NCBI GenBank assembly: GCA_965231865.1
Contig: CBDDOJ010000001.1
Coordinates: forward strand, 509,359 to 573,358
Length of the DNA stretch: 64,000 bases
From: Arenicellales bacterium
GTDB lineage: Bacteria; Pseudomonadota; Gammaproteobacteria; Arenicellales; Poriferihabitantaceae
Direction of reading: 5' to 3'
Of the stretch, positions 18,843 through 28,987 are shown one piece after another. The notes below the pieces were generated by a model, which was given only the letters and a program-made list of their open reading frames with translations, made no database searches and was not told where the DNA came from. The stretch's first letter is position 1. Each line of letters opens with the position of its first letter. Made by a program: the position numbers and the translations under genes.

Positions 18843-18889
18843 AATCGCACCTGCGGCTCATCCACTCTCAACCATTCCCAAACAAACCG

Positions 18890-19255
18890 ATGCTCATCAT
18901 GTTCATCCCGCGTCAAGATAAATGGATTGCTCATGGCCTGTTGACGGCTTTGAAAAATCATTCGATGTTGGTTGCAGTGCTGACTCTCAGCCTGTTTCTG
19001 GGCGGATGCATCTACAAACCAGATCTCCAGCAGGGCAATGAAATCACACCGGAAATGGTCGCCCAGCTTGAAATCGGCATGACCAAACGGGAGGTCATCC
19101 GGGTGGTGGGCACCCCTTTGATCACCGACCCCTTCCACAAGAACCGCTGGGACTATTACCATGCCATACTGGACGGGAAAACGGGGGAAGTCACTTCCCA
19201 GCAGGTCACACTGTTGTTTACGGAAGATATTTTGAGCGCTGTCAAGCAGAAATAA
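18890..19255 (+). CDS. bamE: Outer-membrane assembly lipoprotein BamE (SmpA/OmlA)
   Basis: Lipobox LFLGGC, followed by IYKPDLQQGNEITPEMVAQLEIGMTKREVIRVVGTPLITDPFHKNRWDYY. The true start may be the internal ATG at 18965. Confidence 0.8.
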   Translation: MLIMFIPRQDKWIAHGLLTALKNHSMLVAVLTLSLFLGGCIYKPDLQQGNEITPEMVAQLEIGMTKREVIRVVGTPLITDPFHKNRWDYYHAILDGKTGEVTSQQVTLLFTEDILSAVKQK

Positions 19256-19323
19256 AACCGGGCACCGGCACCGCCCCGGTCCCTGTGCGTGTTTTTCCGT
19301 TGCAGGCGTTTCGTCCCCGGTTG

Positions 19324-20337
19324 CTATGGATTGGCCACCGCGATAATGGCCATGCAGTCACCCATTTTTACGAGCCCGGGAAAATGACGACCGGCCAGCA
19401 CCCCCCCGCGCTGTGCGCGGTACTCAACGGGGGCAACGCCAGTACGATCCGGCATCCAGACCCGGGCAACCACATCGCCTTTGGCCAGGGGAGCGCCAAG
19501 GTCTGCGGCCGGCTCGATGAGGCCCTCATGTTCGCTGATGACAAAACAGTCACTGTCCGGCATTTCCATTTCAACCGTTGGACCCAGTAAGAGTTGCCCA
19601 TCCAGTATTCCGACGTGAACCAGAACATTGTGCACCCCTTTTTTTGCGATGGCCACGGATTTTGTCGTCGTGGTTCCTCCACCACCGAGTTCCGTGGATA
19701 TGAATGTCTTGCCCTGATTTTCCACCGCGGTGTCATACATTCCCGTATCATCAATTTCACGAAAATGCATGGAATAGGGCGCATTGAAGGCTCTCATCAC
19801 CTCAACACATGCTTTTTGCTGGTCCTTGTCTGCCAGCACATGAGCCGCCGCGAGGGGTAAAAACTCAAGTGTTTTCCCCCCCGAATGGATGTCGACCACG
19901 ACATCCGCCATGGGAACCAGCGTGCGCATGAAATAGTCGGCTATTTTTTCGGTAACGGTTCCACCGGGATTGCCGGGAAATACGCGGTTCATGTTTCCGT
20001 CGTCAATGGGGGAATTTCTCCATCCCGCACGGAAAGCAGGATAATTGAAGGCCGGGACGATGATGACACGCCCTGCAAGGTCCCCGGGGTCCAGGTGCAA
20101 GGCCAGATTCTGCAGCGCCACCGGGCCTTCATATTCATCACCATGATTCGCCCCGGTCAGCAACGCTGTGGGGCCCACACCGTTTCGTATCACACAGATG
20201 GGAATCATCAGCGACCCCCAGGCAGAATCATTTCTGCTGTATGGCAGTCGCAGAAAACCGTGATGTGCGCCATCGCGGTCAAAGGGAATGGTTGATGTGA
20301 TGGGATTGTCTTGCATCATGGCCGGTACCTCTTTCAC
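19324..20337 (-). CDS. doeB: N-alpha-acetyl-2,4-diaminobutyrate deacetylase-like (succinylglutamate desuccinylase/aspartoacylase family)
   Basis: 337 aa. AstE/AspA-type zinc site context (GANHGDEYEG...HSGG). It lies immediately downstream of a DoeA-like gene. Confidence 0.72.
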   Translation of the reverse strand: MKEVPAMMQDNPITSTIPFDRDGAHHGFLRLPYSRNDSAWGSLMIPICVIRNGVGPTALLTGANHGDEYEGPVALQNLALHLDPGDLAGRVIIVPAFNYPAFRAGWRNSPIDDGNMNRVFPGNPGGTVTEKIADYFMRTLVPMADVVVDIHSGGKTLEFLPLAAAHVLADKDQQKACVEVMRAFNAPYSMHFREIDDTGMYDTAVENQGKTFISTELGGGGTTTTKSVAIAKKGVHNVLVHVGILDGQLLLGPTVEMEMPDSDCFVISEHEGLIEPAADLGAPLAKGDVVARVWMPDRTGVAPVEYRAQRGGVLAGRHFPGLVKMGDCMAIIAVANP

Positions 20338-20352
20338 CAGAATAATTCGGAT

Positions 20353-21549
20353 TCAATCAATGACAATTAAGTCGCGTTCCACGTCGCACAGCCTCTCGCC
20401 ACCCCGGTCGGTCACCACAAATGACTCGGAAACCGCGCAACCGAAATGGTCCAGCCAGACTCCGGACTGAAAGTGGAAACACATGCCTGCCTGCAATTCC
20501 GTTCGGTCTTCCGGTCGCAGGCTGCATGTCCGTTCTCCCCAGTCCGGCGGATAACCCACTCCCACCGGGTATCCAACCCGACTCTCTTTTGTGATTCCGT
20601 TTCGGTTCAGCACGGCTTGCCAGACCGCTTCAACGGATTCGCAGGTATTGCCCGGTTTCGCCTGTTCGAGGCCTGCATCCACGCCTTCAACAATTACCCG
20701 GGCCAGTTTCCTTATTTTATCAGGGGCCTGGCCGATGTGTACCGTCCGGGCCAGCGGTACATTGTATCGCCGTCTAACTCCAGCGATTTCCAGCATGACC
20801 AGAGCGTTGTCCGGCAACGGAGCATCCGTCCAGGTCAAATGCGGCGTACTCGTTCCTTCATTGACCTGAAGGAGCGGGCAAAATGAGGAATAATCCCCGC
20901 CGAAGCCCTCCACGCCAGATGCCTGGGTTCGATAGATTTCAGCGATCACTTCGTTTTGGGGAACCCCGGCACGTATACGGGCAATCGCTGCGTTCATCAT
21001 CCGGGTACTGATTTTCCCTGCAACACGCATCAACTCCACTTCCTTGTCGGACTTGACCAATCGTGCCCAGTTGACCAGGTCCCCGTTGTTCGTGATGCCG
21101 GCATCCGGCAGCGTACCGGCCAGGGTTGCATGACATCGAGCGGTAAAGTAGTGGGCATCCATTTCAACCCCGATCCGGGAGTTCCCCCAGCCCCGCGACC
21201 GGATGAAACCCGCCAATTCCTCATACGGGTGGTTGAGAGGGTTCTGCACCAGGCTTTCGGAAAATGGAAGGATGTGGTCATTCGGCAGGTACGTGGTGAC
21301 CTCCGCGGCCCTGGCATCCTGGGCACGGCCAAACCAAAAAGGCGATTCTTCCTGCAAATGCACGAGTACACACTGGGGAACATAGAATGACCATCCGTCA
21401 TACCCGGTCAGCCAGCACATATTACTGGGGTCCTGGCTGATGATCAGGTCATAACCGGCCCGTTCCATGCGCTGTCTGACATCCTGCACACGGGCGGCGT
21501 ATTCCTCGCTGGGGAAGACTTTTTCAAATAGGGGGGGAAGGGTATTCAT
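20353..21549 (-). CDS. doeA: Ectoine hydrolase-like (M24/creatinase-type)
   Basis: 398 aa. The N-terminal region ...DLIISQDPSNMCWLTGYDGWSFYVPQCVLV... matches my memory of DoeA/EutD. The C-terminal half has the M24 pita-bread fold. Confidence 0.78.
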   Translation of the reverse strand: MNTLPPLFEKVFPSEEYAARVQDVRQRMERAGYDLIISQDPSNMCWLTGYDGWSFYVPQCVLVHLQEESPFWFGRAQDARAAEVTTYLPNDHILPFSESLVQNPLNHPYEELAGFIRSRGWGNSRIGVEMDAHYFTARCHATLAGTLPDAGITNNGDLVNWARLVKSDKEVELMRVAGKISTRMMNAAIARIRAGVPQNEVIAEIYRTQASGVEGFGGDYSSFCPLLQVNEGTSTPHLTWTDAPLPDNALVMLEIAGVRRRYNVPLARTVHIGQAPDKIRKLARVIVEGVDAGLEQAKPGNTCESVEAVWQAVLNRNGITKESRVGYPVGVGYPPDWGERTCSLRPEDRTELQAGMCFHFQSGVWLDHFGCAVSESFVVTDRGGERLCDVERDLIVID

Positions 21550-21565
21550 GATCAGGTATCAATAC

Positions 21566-22558
21566 TCAGGAATTAATGGTCAGGCCCACTGAATGTGCTT
21601 CCGCCCGTTTGCTGGCAAACGCTGCCACCGCGGTATCCTGCACACCGGTACCGGTCAGGTCGCAAATGGTGATTTCTTCTGGAGTCTGCCGTCCCGGGGC
21701 ACTGCCGGCAACGATATCCCCCAGTTCCGGATACACGGTTTTTTTATTTACGGTTCCGGATTCAATGGCATGGTGAAGCTCCCCCAGTTTTTCGGTTTGT
21801 GACTGCCGGTCGGGCACATAAATATCTGTCCTCGACAGGCACCCGGGATCCAGCTCGTTCTTGTGCGCCTGATCAGAACCCATCGCGGTAATGTGCTGGC
21901 CGGGCCGCAACCAGTCACTCATTACCAGCGGGGTTGCGGAAGGGGTGGTGGTGACGACCACCTGGGAGAGGACAACCGCCTCCTCCAGGTCAGGGGCCGC
22001 TTTCACGGTAATCCCCAGTTTTTCTGACAGTTCACGGGCGGCCGCTTCCGCTTTTGGAAAATCTCTCGCCCAGATCCTTGCCAACCGGATTCGACGGACC
22101 AGGCACAGGGCTTCAAGCTGCAGGCGGGATTGCTGGCCGGCTCCAAGGATACACGCCTGCTCCACATCGGCTGGAGCAAGATGGCCCGCGGCCACCGCCC
22201 CCGCAGCCGCTGTACGCACGTCCGTCAGATAACCGTTGTCCAGCAAAACGGCCTGCAGCATCCCGGTACGGACCGAAAACAGCACCATCAGGCCCGTCGT
22301 GCTTGGCAGGCCCTGTTTCGGGTTGTCGAAAAATCCCGGGGATATTTTGATTGCAAAGCTGTCGAATCCCGGGACATAGGCGGTTTTTACATCCACTTCA
22401 CCGTTGAATTCCCGGATGGCCATGGAAAGAATGGGGGGCATGACCACCTTGCCCCCTGACAGCGCGGCAAAAGCCGATTCAATACAGTGAATCGTCTCCC
22501 CATCCAGGCGGACAATTTTACGGAGTTCCTTTTCGGTCAGAATCTTTAATCCGGGCAT
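21566..22558 (-). CDS. eutC: Ornithine cyclodeaminase / mu-crystallin family (EutC-like)
   Basis: 330 aa with a Rossmann motif ILGAGQQSRLQLEAL. Its position between eutB-like and doeA-like genes supports the call. Confidence 0.75.
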   Translation of the reverse strand: MPGLKILTEKELRKIVRLDGETIHCIESAFAALSGGKVVMPPILSMAIREFNGEVDVKTAYVPGFDSFAIKISPGFFDNPKQGLPSTTGLMVLFSVRTGMLQAVLLDNGYLTDVRTAAAGAVAAGHLAPADVEQACILGAGQQSRLQLEALCLVRRIRLARIWARDFPKAEAAARELSEKLGITVKAAPDLEEAVVLSQVVVTTTPSATPLVMSDWLRPGQHITAMGSDQAHKNELDPGCLSRTDIYVPDRQSQTEKLGELHHAIESGTVNKKTVYPELGDIVAGSAPGRQTPEEITICDLTGTGVQDTAVAAFASKRAEAHSVGLTINS

Positions 22559-22566
22559 GGGTAAAT

Positions 22567-23574
22567 TCAGGCTTCTGGAAAATCAATGTTTTCACCGGAG
22601 ATGATCCGATGGTGTAGGTTCATATCTATATTCCCGCCACTGGTGAGCACAGCCACCGGAGCATGACTCTTTATTTTACCGGAAAGCAGGGCTGCAATGC
22701 CCACGGAACCGGAACCCTCCAGAATCTGTCGTTCTGACCAATAGGCGTGGCGGATCGCTTCGGCAATCTCGCCCTCGGAAACCACAATCAACTCATCAAC
22801 CAGCTTTTGTACAATTGAAAACGTCAACCGGTTGTCCAGACCGATGCCTCCTCCCAGGGAATCCGCAATGGTCGGCAGTTCCTCAACTTCCACGGGGTGT
22901 CCGGATCGGATGCTCTCATACATAGCGGCTCCACGTTCCATGGAGACACCGATCACCCGGATCTCCGGTTGTGCGGCTTTCAGCGCAATGGCCATCCCGG
23001 AAATCAATCCTCCACCCGATACCGGAACCAGCACAGTCCGGAATTGCGAATTCTGCCCCAACAGTTCCAGTCCAAGAGTGCCCTGCCCCGTGATAATGTC
23101 AAAATGGTCAAACGGCGGGAGCACCGTCATGTGCTCCTCCCTGACCAGGCGGTCCACCTCCACCTGGGCCTCATCCTGGGAATCTCCCACGATGCGCACT
23201 TCGGCACCCTGCAATGCAATGCCGTCTATCTTGTTCTGCGGCACGAGGCTCGACATACAGATTATGCAGCGAATGCCTGCCTGACGTGCGGCATAGGCCA
23301 GCCCACGACCATGATTGCCCGTTGATACGCCAACAACCCCCCGGGCCCGTTGCTCCCTGGAGAGATTCAACACGGCATGGGTCGCACCGCGCAACTTGAA
23401 ACTCCCGGTAGTCTGGTGGTGTTCAAGCTTGAGAAATACCGGCACGCCGGATAACTCGCCAAGGGTCTGAGAGGGCACAACCGGAGTCGTCAGAACCCTG
23501 GGGGCAATCTGGCGCCTTGCCCGCCGGATGTCTACAATGGTCGGCCAGTCCGGCCTCAATGCTTTCTGGTTCAC
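22567..23574 (-). CDS. eutB: Threonine-dehydratase-like PLP enzyme (EutB-like)
   Basis: The PLP lysine context LEHHQTTGSFKLRGA and the glycine-rich loop GVSTGNHG are present. Confidence 0.75.
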   Translation of the reverse strand: MNQKALRPDWPTIVDIRRARRQIAPRVLTTPVVPSQTLGELSGVPVFLKLEHHQTTGSFKLRGATHAVLNLSREQRARGVVGVSTGNHGRGLAYAARQAGIRCIICMSSLVPQNKIDGIALQGAEVRIVGDSQDEAQVEVDRLVREEHMTVLPPFDHFDIITGQGTLGLELLGQNSQFRTVLVPVSGGGLISGMAIALKAAQPEIRVIGVSMERGAAMYESIRSGHPVEVEELPTIADSLGGGIGLDNRLTFSIVQKLVDELIVVSEGEIAEAIRHAYWSERQILEGSGSVGIAALLSGKIKSHAPVAVLTSGGNIDMNLHHRIISGENIDFPEA

Positions 23575-23583
23575 TGTGCTGGA

Positions 23584-24483
23584 TCAGGCTGAATGGCCGG
23601 GTTTTTCATCCTGTTGATGATCAAATATTGAGGTATATCCTTCCGACCAGTCCGGGGGAAGAGGAACCATCATTTCTTCATGGTGCGCAAATTCGGATTG
23701 CACACCGCGTACGAGACGGCCATAGTTTACACTGGGATAGGCAGGTGGAGTATACGGAATCGCGTCTGCGGCACTGTAGGTGACGACAAACGCCGGCCTC
23801 CCCAGTGCACTCATATTGCGGGCAGATCCATGGATGGTGCGGCTGTGGTGAACGGAAAGGGAACCCGGCGGACCCAGCATGGACACTGCCTTGTCCAGCG
23901 CAACCTCCCCCAGGTCCTGATCGGAAATGGCACCCGTCCAGTTTCCCCGGGTGTCGTAGTGCGAAAATATCGGCCCCTGATGGCTCTTTGGAATCACCTG
24001 CAGCGGGCCCTGCCCAGGCCCGGTGGCCTCCAGCATCAGCAGAAACTGCATCGTACCGGCATGGGTGTGGGGATAAAACACAATATCCTGATGCCATTTG
24101 ACTTCCGCTCCCCCACCGGCCCATTTGAAATTCATCATCAGTTCCCGGAACCTGACATTGGGACCCAGCAAGTCCGCTGCAATGTCGGGAATGATGGATT
24201 TCGAACACAGGTCCCAGAATACCGGGGCAAATTCATCCAGATAGGCAATCCGCCGCAACCGGGGATTTTCGGAACTGTGGTCCCGTTCAATGTCCACCTT
24301 CCGGGTGGACTGCCTGCAGTCCCTTGTCTGCTCGACAACCTCCGCCAGGGCACTTCGAAGCGGACCGAGCCATTCATCGCCAATCAGTCCGGGAAATGCG
24401 AGATATCCCTGCCGGTAATAGAATTTTCTTTGTTCCCGGGTCAAAATGGATGGCGGGCGGGACAGGATACTGTCGAGTTTCAT
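23584..24483 (-). CDS. Phytanoyl-CoA dioxygenase (PhyH) family Fe(II)/2-oxoglutarate oxygenase
   Basis: 299 aa. The facial-triad context is WHQD...(H) with a distal HHSRTIHGSARN. The ATG overlaps the eutA-like stop as ATGA (24480-24483). Confidence 0.72.
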   Translation of the reverse strand: MKLDSILSRPPSILTREQRKFYYRQGYLAFPGLIGDEWLGPLRSALAEVVEQTRDCRQSTRKVDIERDHSSENPRLRRIAYLDEFAPVFWDLCSKSIIPDIAADLLGPNVRFRELMMNFKWAGGGAEVKWHQDIVFYPHTHAGTMQFLLMLEATGPGQGPLQVIPKSHQGPIFSHYDTRGNWTGAISDQDLGEVALDKAVSMLGPPGSLSVHHSRTIHGSARNMSALGRPAFVVTYSAADAIPYTPPAYPSVNYGRLVRGVQSEFAHHEEMMVPLPPDWSEGYTSIFDHQQDEKPGHSA

Positions 24484-25328
24484 GGCAACCCCCTGGCCGA
24501 TACGCCATGATCGGGGATGGGGCCCGGCCTGCGCAGCAGTCGGCCAAATCCCTTGATGGACAATTCATGCCCTGCCCATCGCAACGCCTGCCAACACAAT
24601 GCCTGATTGGCCGTTACCACGGGTTTGCCGATTGCCTGTTCGATGGAATCCACGACCTCCACCGCCCGGATGGCAGTGCAGGATATGAACAGTGCATCCG
24701 CTTCGGGGCGATCCGCCTCGAGCGCCGCGTGATAAATGGCCCGGGGTGGAGTTCTCGCCATGGCATCGTTGTCGGCAAACTGAAAACTTGTGAAGGCGGC
24801 AATGCCCAGTCCGCTGTTTTTGATGTAATGGGAAATGGGGGCGTTGACTTCGTCGGTATACGGGGTCAGCACGGCGATATTCCCGGCGCCCAGCAGGCGC
24901 AATGCGGCCAGGGACGCGGTAATGGGGGTGGTCACAGGTATCCCCGGACGGGCACTGCGAATCCGCCCCGCAACGGCGTCGTACCCCAGTACAACCGTCC
25001 CCGAGGTGCAGCTGTAAGCCACCACGTCAAGCCGGGACCCTGGAATCAAAAGGGAAGCGGCGTGGGCCAGTTCCGGCTCCATGGCACGAAGATTGGCGAC
25101 CGAGCACCGCTGTGCATTCGGCACCCGGGAAACAAATACGGCAATCTCATCGCTTGTGCACATTTGATCGAAATCCCGTTCCGTTGCCAGATCATTGGAC
25201 AGGGCAATCAAACCGATTCGATAGCGTCCGGGGCCCTCGTCCAGTTCAACATCCGCCTGTACGGCCAGTGACTGGAATCCATCCGGTTCCCGGCTCTGAT
25301 CAATATTCATGTCCTGTTGTCTGCTCAA
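24480..25328 (-). CDS. eutA: Asp/Glu-racemase / arylmalonate decarboxylase-like protein (EutA-like)
   Basis: 282 aa. The pattern RIGLIALSNDLATERDF...VAYSCTSG...ISCTAIRA is typical of the maleate isomerase/EutA family. Confidence 0.7.
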   Translation of the reverse strand: MSRQQDMNIDQSREPDGFQSLAVQADVELDEGPGRYRIGLIALSNDLATERDFDQMCTSDEIAVFVSRVPNAQRCSVANLRAMEPELAHAASLLIPGSRLDVVAYSCTSGTVVLGYDAVAGRIRSARPGIPVTTPITASLAALRLLGAGNIAVLTPYTDEVNAPISHYIKNSGLGIAAFTSFQFADNDAMARTPPRAIYHAALEADRPEADALFISCTAIRAVEVVDSIEQAIGKPVVTANQALCWQALRWAGHELSIKGFGRLLRRPGPIPDHGVSARGLP

Positions 25329-25746
25329 TTCGTGGTTTGTGGACCGGAAACCAGGAGAACACCGTCAGCCGATGAAATGCAAATCCCCAGCATTCCCTGT
25401 TCTGCACCGTGTCATGGGGCAAACCAGGGTTCCCGCTGGCATCCATGACCCGATTCACAATCCCATCATCGAGTTTCGTCCCGCAGCGGGAAAGTTTTCG
25501 GGCCGGGTTGGCAAGTCATACACCGGATTGTCCTGATACAGCAATTCTCGAACCATCGTTATATAAGACTCTCTCGCGAATTACAATGAATCCGGGGGGA
25601 TGGTTTCCAGTCGTGCGCCAACCGGTACGGATACCCGGTTGCCCCAAAGACATGGTATGGTGAGAATACCCAAGACAATCCACCCTTTGGTGGAACCGAA
25701 ATGTTTACAATCCGATGACGGACAGGATCCTGAGAGAACGAGACCC

Positions 25747-26328
25747 ATGAACATCAAAACCAAGCGGGAAGCTGCGATTCGGACATGCGTCAACCAGACA
25801 CGTGACTTCCTGTCAGAAGGAGCCACCATAGACTCCCTGAACCGGGTAAAGGAAGCGTTGATGAATCTGTGCGCACAATCCCATTTATTCCCCCGGAGTG
25901 ATTTTCCCGTGCCGGACAAAAGACAGAAAGAACGATGTTTCCTCATTCATGAAGACGATAACGGGGACTTCGCGCTGTACGTCAATTCCGCGCTGCCCAC
26001 CCAGACCTATCGGCCCCATAACCACGGAGGCTCCTGGGCGGTCATCGCCGCGGTTGAAGGAGAAGAAAAACACGGGCTGTATCAGGAAGTCACCCCGGAT
26101 ACCGTAAAACTGGTCAATGAAATGGTGGTTAAACCGGGAACCGCGGTATCCATGCTGGAAGATGGCATTCATTCCATTTGCGCCCAGGGGGACCAGCCGC
26201 TGTTGCATCTTCATTTTTATGGGAAATCCTTTGCCAGGCAGGGAGAAAGGACGGAATACGATCTTGAACTCGGCATTGCTGAACACCTGATCATGGGTGA
26301 GCTGGACTACATTGAAGATGCCCGGTAA
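25747..26328 (+). CDS. Cupin-fold protein (cysteine-dioxygenase-like)
   Basis: I moved the start to ATG 25747 (MNIKTKREAAIR...). The cupin metal motif is RPHNHGGSWAVIAAVEGEE...H. It is divergent from the eut operon. Confidence 0.55.
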   Translation: MNIKTKREAAIRTCVNQTRDFLSEGATIDSLNRVKEALMNLCAQSHLFPRSDFPVPDKRQKERCFLIHEDDNGDFALYVNSALPTQTYRPHNHGGSWAVIAAVEGEEKHGLYQEVTPDTVKLVNEMVVKPGTAVSMLEDGIHSICAQGDQPLLHLHFYGKSFARQGERTEYDLELGIAEHLIMGELDYIEDAR

Positions 26329-26400
26329 ACCACATTACCGAAACGATTCCGGAGCGTTTTCTCCAATAGAACCTCAATGAGAAATCAACGATAACAACAG

Positions 26401-28974
26401 ATGGCAAGAAAACAAAAAAAGTCCGTGGAACAGTATGCGCACACGGAGAAGAAGCGGATCAATAACCCACCGGTGGGTCTGGTCACACCACAAACCGACC
26501 CTGATCACGGCACCAGAAAGGAATACGAGTACGACCCGCATCTTGACCCGAAACTGCAGTGGACCGGCAAGGCCGAACAGTCATGTTTTAATGTGCCGAC
26601 CGTAAGTCTGCATGTCCATGAGCGTATTGATCCGAAAACCATCCTTGAAGCCGTCAGGAAAGTGCTTGGAGACCGCCGTCAGGAAAGCCTTTTTGACAAT
26701 CACAAGCCCCTTCGTGAAGCCGTTGAGTTCTACAAACACAAGGATAACTGGAGCAATCGGTTCATTGCCGGTGACAGCTTGCTGGTAATGAACTCTCTAC
26801 TGGAAAAGGAAGCCATGGCCGGCAAAGTGCAAATGGTTTACTTTGATCCGCCTTATGGCATCAAGTATGGCAGCAATTTCCAACCATTCGTCAATCAGAA
26901 CCAGGTCAAGGACGGTAAGGATGAAGACCTGTCTGGTGAACCGGAGATGATCAAGGCTTTTCGGGATACCTGGGAACTGGGAATTCACTCCTACCTGTCC
27001 CACCTGCGTGACCGCCTGCTCCTGGTTCGGGAGCTACTGGATGAAAGCGGCAGTGTATTGGTGCAGATAGGCGATGAGAATGTACATCGTGTGAGCATGA
27101 TACTGGATGAGGTTTTCGGAGCAGGGAATCGACTGGCAACCATAAGCTTTGCGACCACCAGTGGAAGTTCCACGGCATATCTGCCCCAAGTCGCGGATTA
27201 CCTGCTCTGGTATGTGAAAGATACTAATAAAGCTAAGTATCGGCAGCTGTACGAACCCCTCACCCGTACCGAAACTATCGATTACTTTAGTTCATATGTC
27301 ATGGTTGAGCTTGCCGATGGCAGTTGTCGCAAATTAACCGGTGAAGAACGGTTTGACCCGGACCGGTATCTGCCGGAAGGTGCACGAATTTATCAACGTA
27401 CCGGGTTGGATTCTCAAGGGGTTTCTACGACTGGCCGCTCTGAACCTTACGAATATGACGGCAGAACCTTTCGTTGCTCGAAAAACCGGCACTGGTCCAT
27501 TTCAAAAGAAGGGATGGACCGACTGGCTGAACAGGGACGGCTTGAAGCCTTGAGCGGGCAAAGCTCATTGAGGTGGAAAAAATACGAAGATGAAGTGCCT
27601 GGTCGACGCATTCATAATATCTGGCCAGCACAGATGTACCCCAGCAAGAAGAAGTACGTGGTTGAAACCGCGACCAAGGCGATACAACGGTGTATCCTCA
27701 TGACCACTGATCCGGGAGACCTGGTCCTCGATATTACCTGCGGCAGTGGCGCCACCGCTTTTGTGGCCGAGCAATGGGGACGACGCTGGATAACCTGCGA
27801 TACCTCCCGCGTGGCGCTGGCGCTGGCCCGGCAACGGTTAATGACCGCCAGTTTTGAGTATTACCAATTGGCACACCCGGATGAGGGGATCGGCAGTGGC
27901 CTGAAATACAAAACCGTATCCAAAGTATCGCCCAGTATTTTAGCCGGTGATCAACAGGACGCAGAGGTCCTGTATGACCAGCCTTTCGTGGAAAAGGGCA
28001 AGGCACGCATTACCGGCCCTTTTACGGTGGAAGCGGTCCCCGCCCCCTATGTAAAAAGCATGGATGAGATGGACAACCAAGCAGAGCAGGAGAACGCAGC
28101 CGATTTGACCATCGCCCGGACAGGTGAAACCGTGCGCCAAAGCGACCTGCGCGATGAACTGCTACACTGTGGCGTACGTGCCAAAAACGGCCAGCAAATC
28201 ATGTTCAGCCGGGTCGAGGTTCTGTCCGGAACAAGATACCTGCAGGCAGAAGCCGAAACCCGACCGGCCAGCCCTGACAGCAACCCTGTCAGGGAAATCC
28301 CGGTCACGGCGAATACGCCTCTGCGGACCGTGATTTCCTTTGGCCCGGAACACGCACCGCTGGAACCCCGCCAGGTTGAGCTGGCACTGGACGAAGCCGG
28401 AAGACTGCGTCCCAAACCCCAGATCATACTGTTCGCCGCCTTTCAGTTTGACCCGGAAGCGGCCAAGGATATTGATGAAACCAACTGGCCCGGGGTTACC
28501 CTGCTCAAGGTGCAAATGAACGCCGACCTGCAGACCGGCGACCTGAAAAGGAAACGTGCCAGCAACGAAAGTTTCTGGTTGGTGGGTCAGCCTGATGTGA
28601 ATCTGTATCCAATCCATCGGGGTGAAGCCACCGGGAAATGGCAGGTCGAGGTCAGGGGATTCGACTACTTTAACACCAGGACCGGTAAAGTCGAATCCGG
28701 TGGTGAAAATGAAATCGCAGTGTGGATGCTTGATACCGACTACGATGGACGTAGCCTGTACCCAAAGCAGGTGTTTTTTCCAATGGCCGGTCCGAAAGAT
28801 GGCTGGGACACCCTGGCCCGCAACCTCAAAGCAGAAATCGATGAAGAGATGATTGAGGCCTATCGGGGGAACCTGTCCCTGCCCTTTGAACTGGGTGACA
28901 ATAAACGCATCGCCGTTAAAATCGTAGATAACCGGGGCATTGAAAGTTTACGAGTGGTCGATCGATATAAATAA
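26401..28974 (+). CDS. mod: Type III-like DNA methyltransferase (beta-class N6-A/N4-C MTase, 857 aa, long C-terminal extension)
   Basis: Motif IV (VYFDPPYGIKYGSNF, aa ~150) comes before motif I (LVLDITCGSGATAFVAEQWGRRWITCDTS, aa ~440). That order defines the beta class used by Type III Mod proteins. Confidence 0.85.
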   Translation: MARKQKKSVEQYAHTEKKRINNPPVGLVTPQTDPDHGTRKEYEYDPHLDPKLQWTGKAEQSCFNVPTVSLHVHERIDPKTILEAVRKVLGDRRQESLFDNHKPLREAVEFYKHKDNWSNRFIAGDSLLVMNSLLEKEAMAGKVQMVYFDPPYGIKYGSNFQPFVNQNQVKDGKDEDLSGEPEMIKAFRDTWELGIHSYLSHLRDRLLLVRELLDESGSVLVQIGDENVHRVSMILDEVFGAGNRLATISFATTSGSSTAYLPQVADYLLWYVKDTNKAKYRQLYEPLTRTETIDYFSSYVMVELADGSCRKLTGEERFDPDRYLPEGARIYQRTGLDSQGVSTTGRSEPYEYDGRTFRCSKNRHWSISKEGMDRLAEQGRLEALSGQSSLRWKKYEDEVPGRRIHNIWPAQMYPSKKKYVVETATKAIQRCILMTTDPGDLVLDITCGSGATAFVAEQWGRRWITCDTSRVALALARQRLMTASFEYYQLAHPDEGIGSGLKYKTVSKVSPSILAGDQQDAEVLYDQPFVEKGKARITGPFTVEAVPAPYVKSMDEMDNQAEQENAADLTIARTGETVRQSDLRDELLHCGVRAKNGQQIMFSRVEVLSGTRYLQAEAETRPASPDSNPVREIPVTANTPLRTVISFGPEHAPLEPRQVELALDEAGRLRPKPQIILFAAFQFDPEAAKDIDETNWPGVTLLKVQMNADLQTGDLKRKRASNESFWLVGQPDVNLYPIHRGEATGKWQVEVRGFDYFNTRTGKVESGGENEIAVWMLDTDYDGRSLYPKQVFFPMAGPKDGWDTLARNLKAEIDEEMIEAYRGNLSLPFELGDNKRIAVKIVDNRGIESLRVVDRYK

Positions 28975-28987
28975 ACGGGGGAAGACT

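Noticed and set aside
28940-28987. ATG start at 28940 for the ATPase, which overlaps mod by 35 nt.
   Set aside because: The in-frame GTG at 28988 has a GGGGGA ribosome-binding site. It begins right at the conserved N-terminal strand (IKQLQLRNFRIF) typical of these ATPases.
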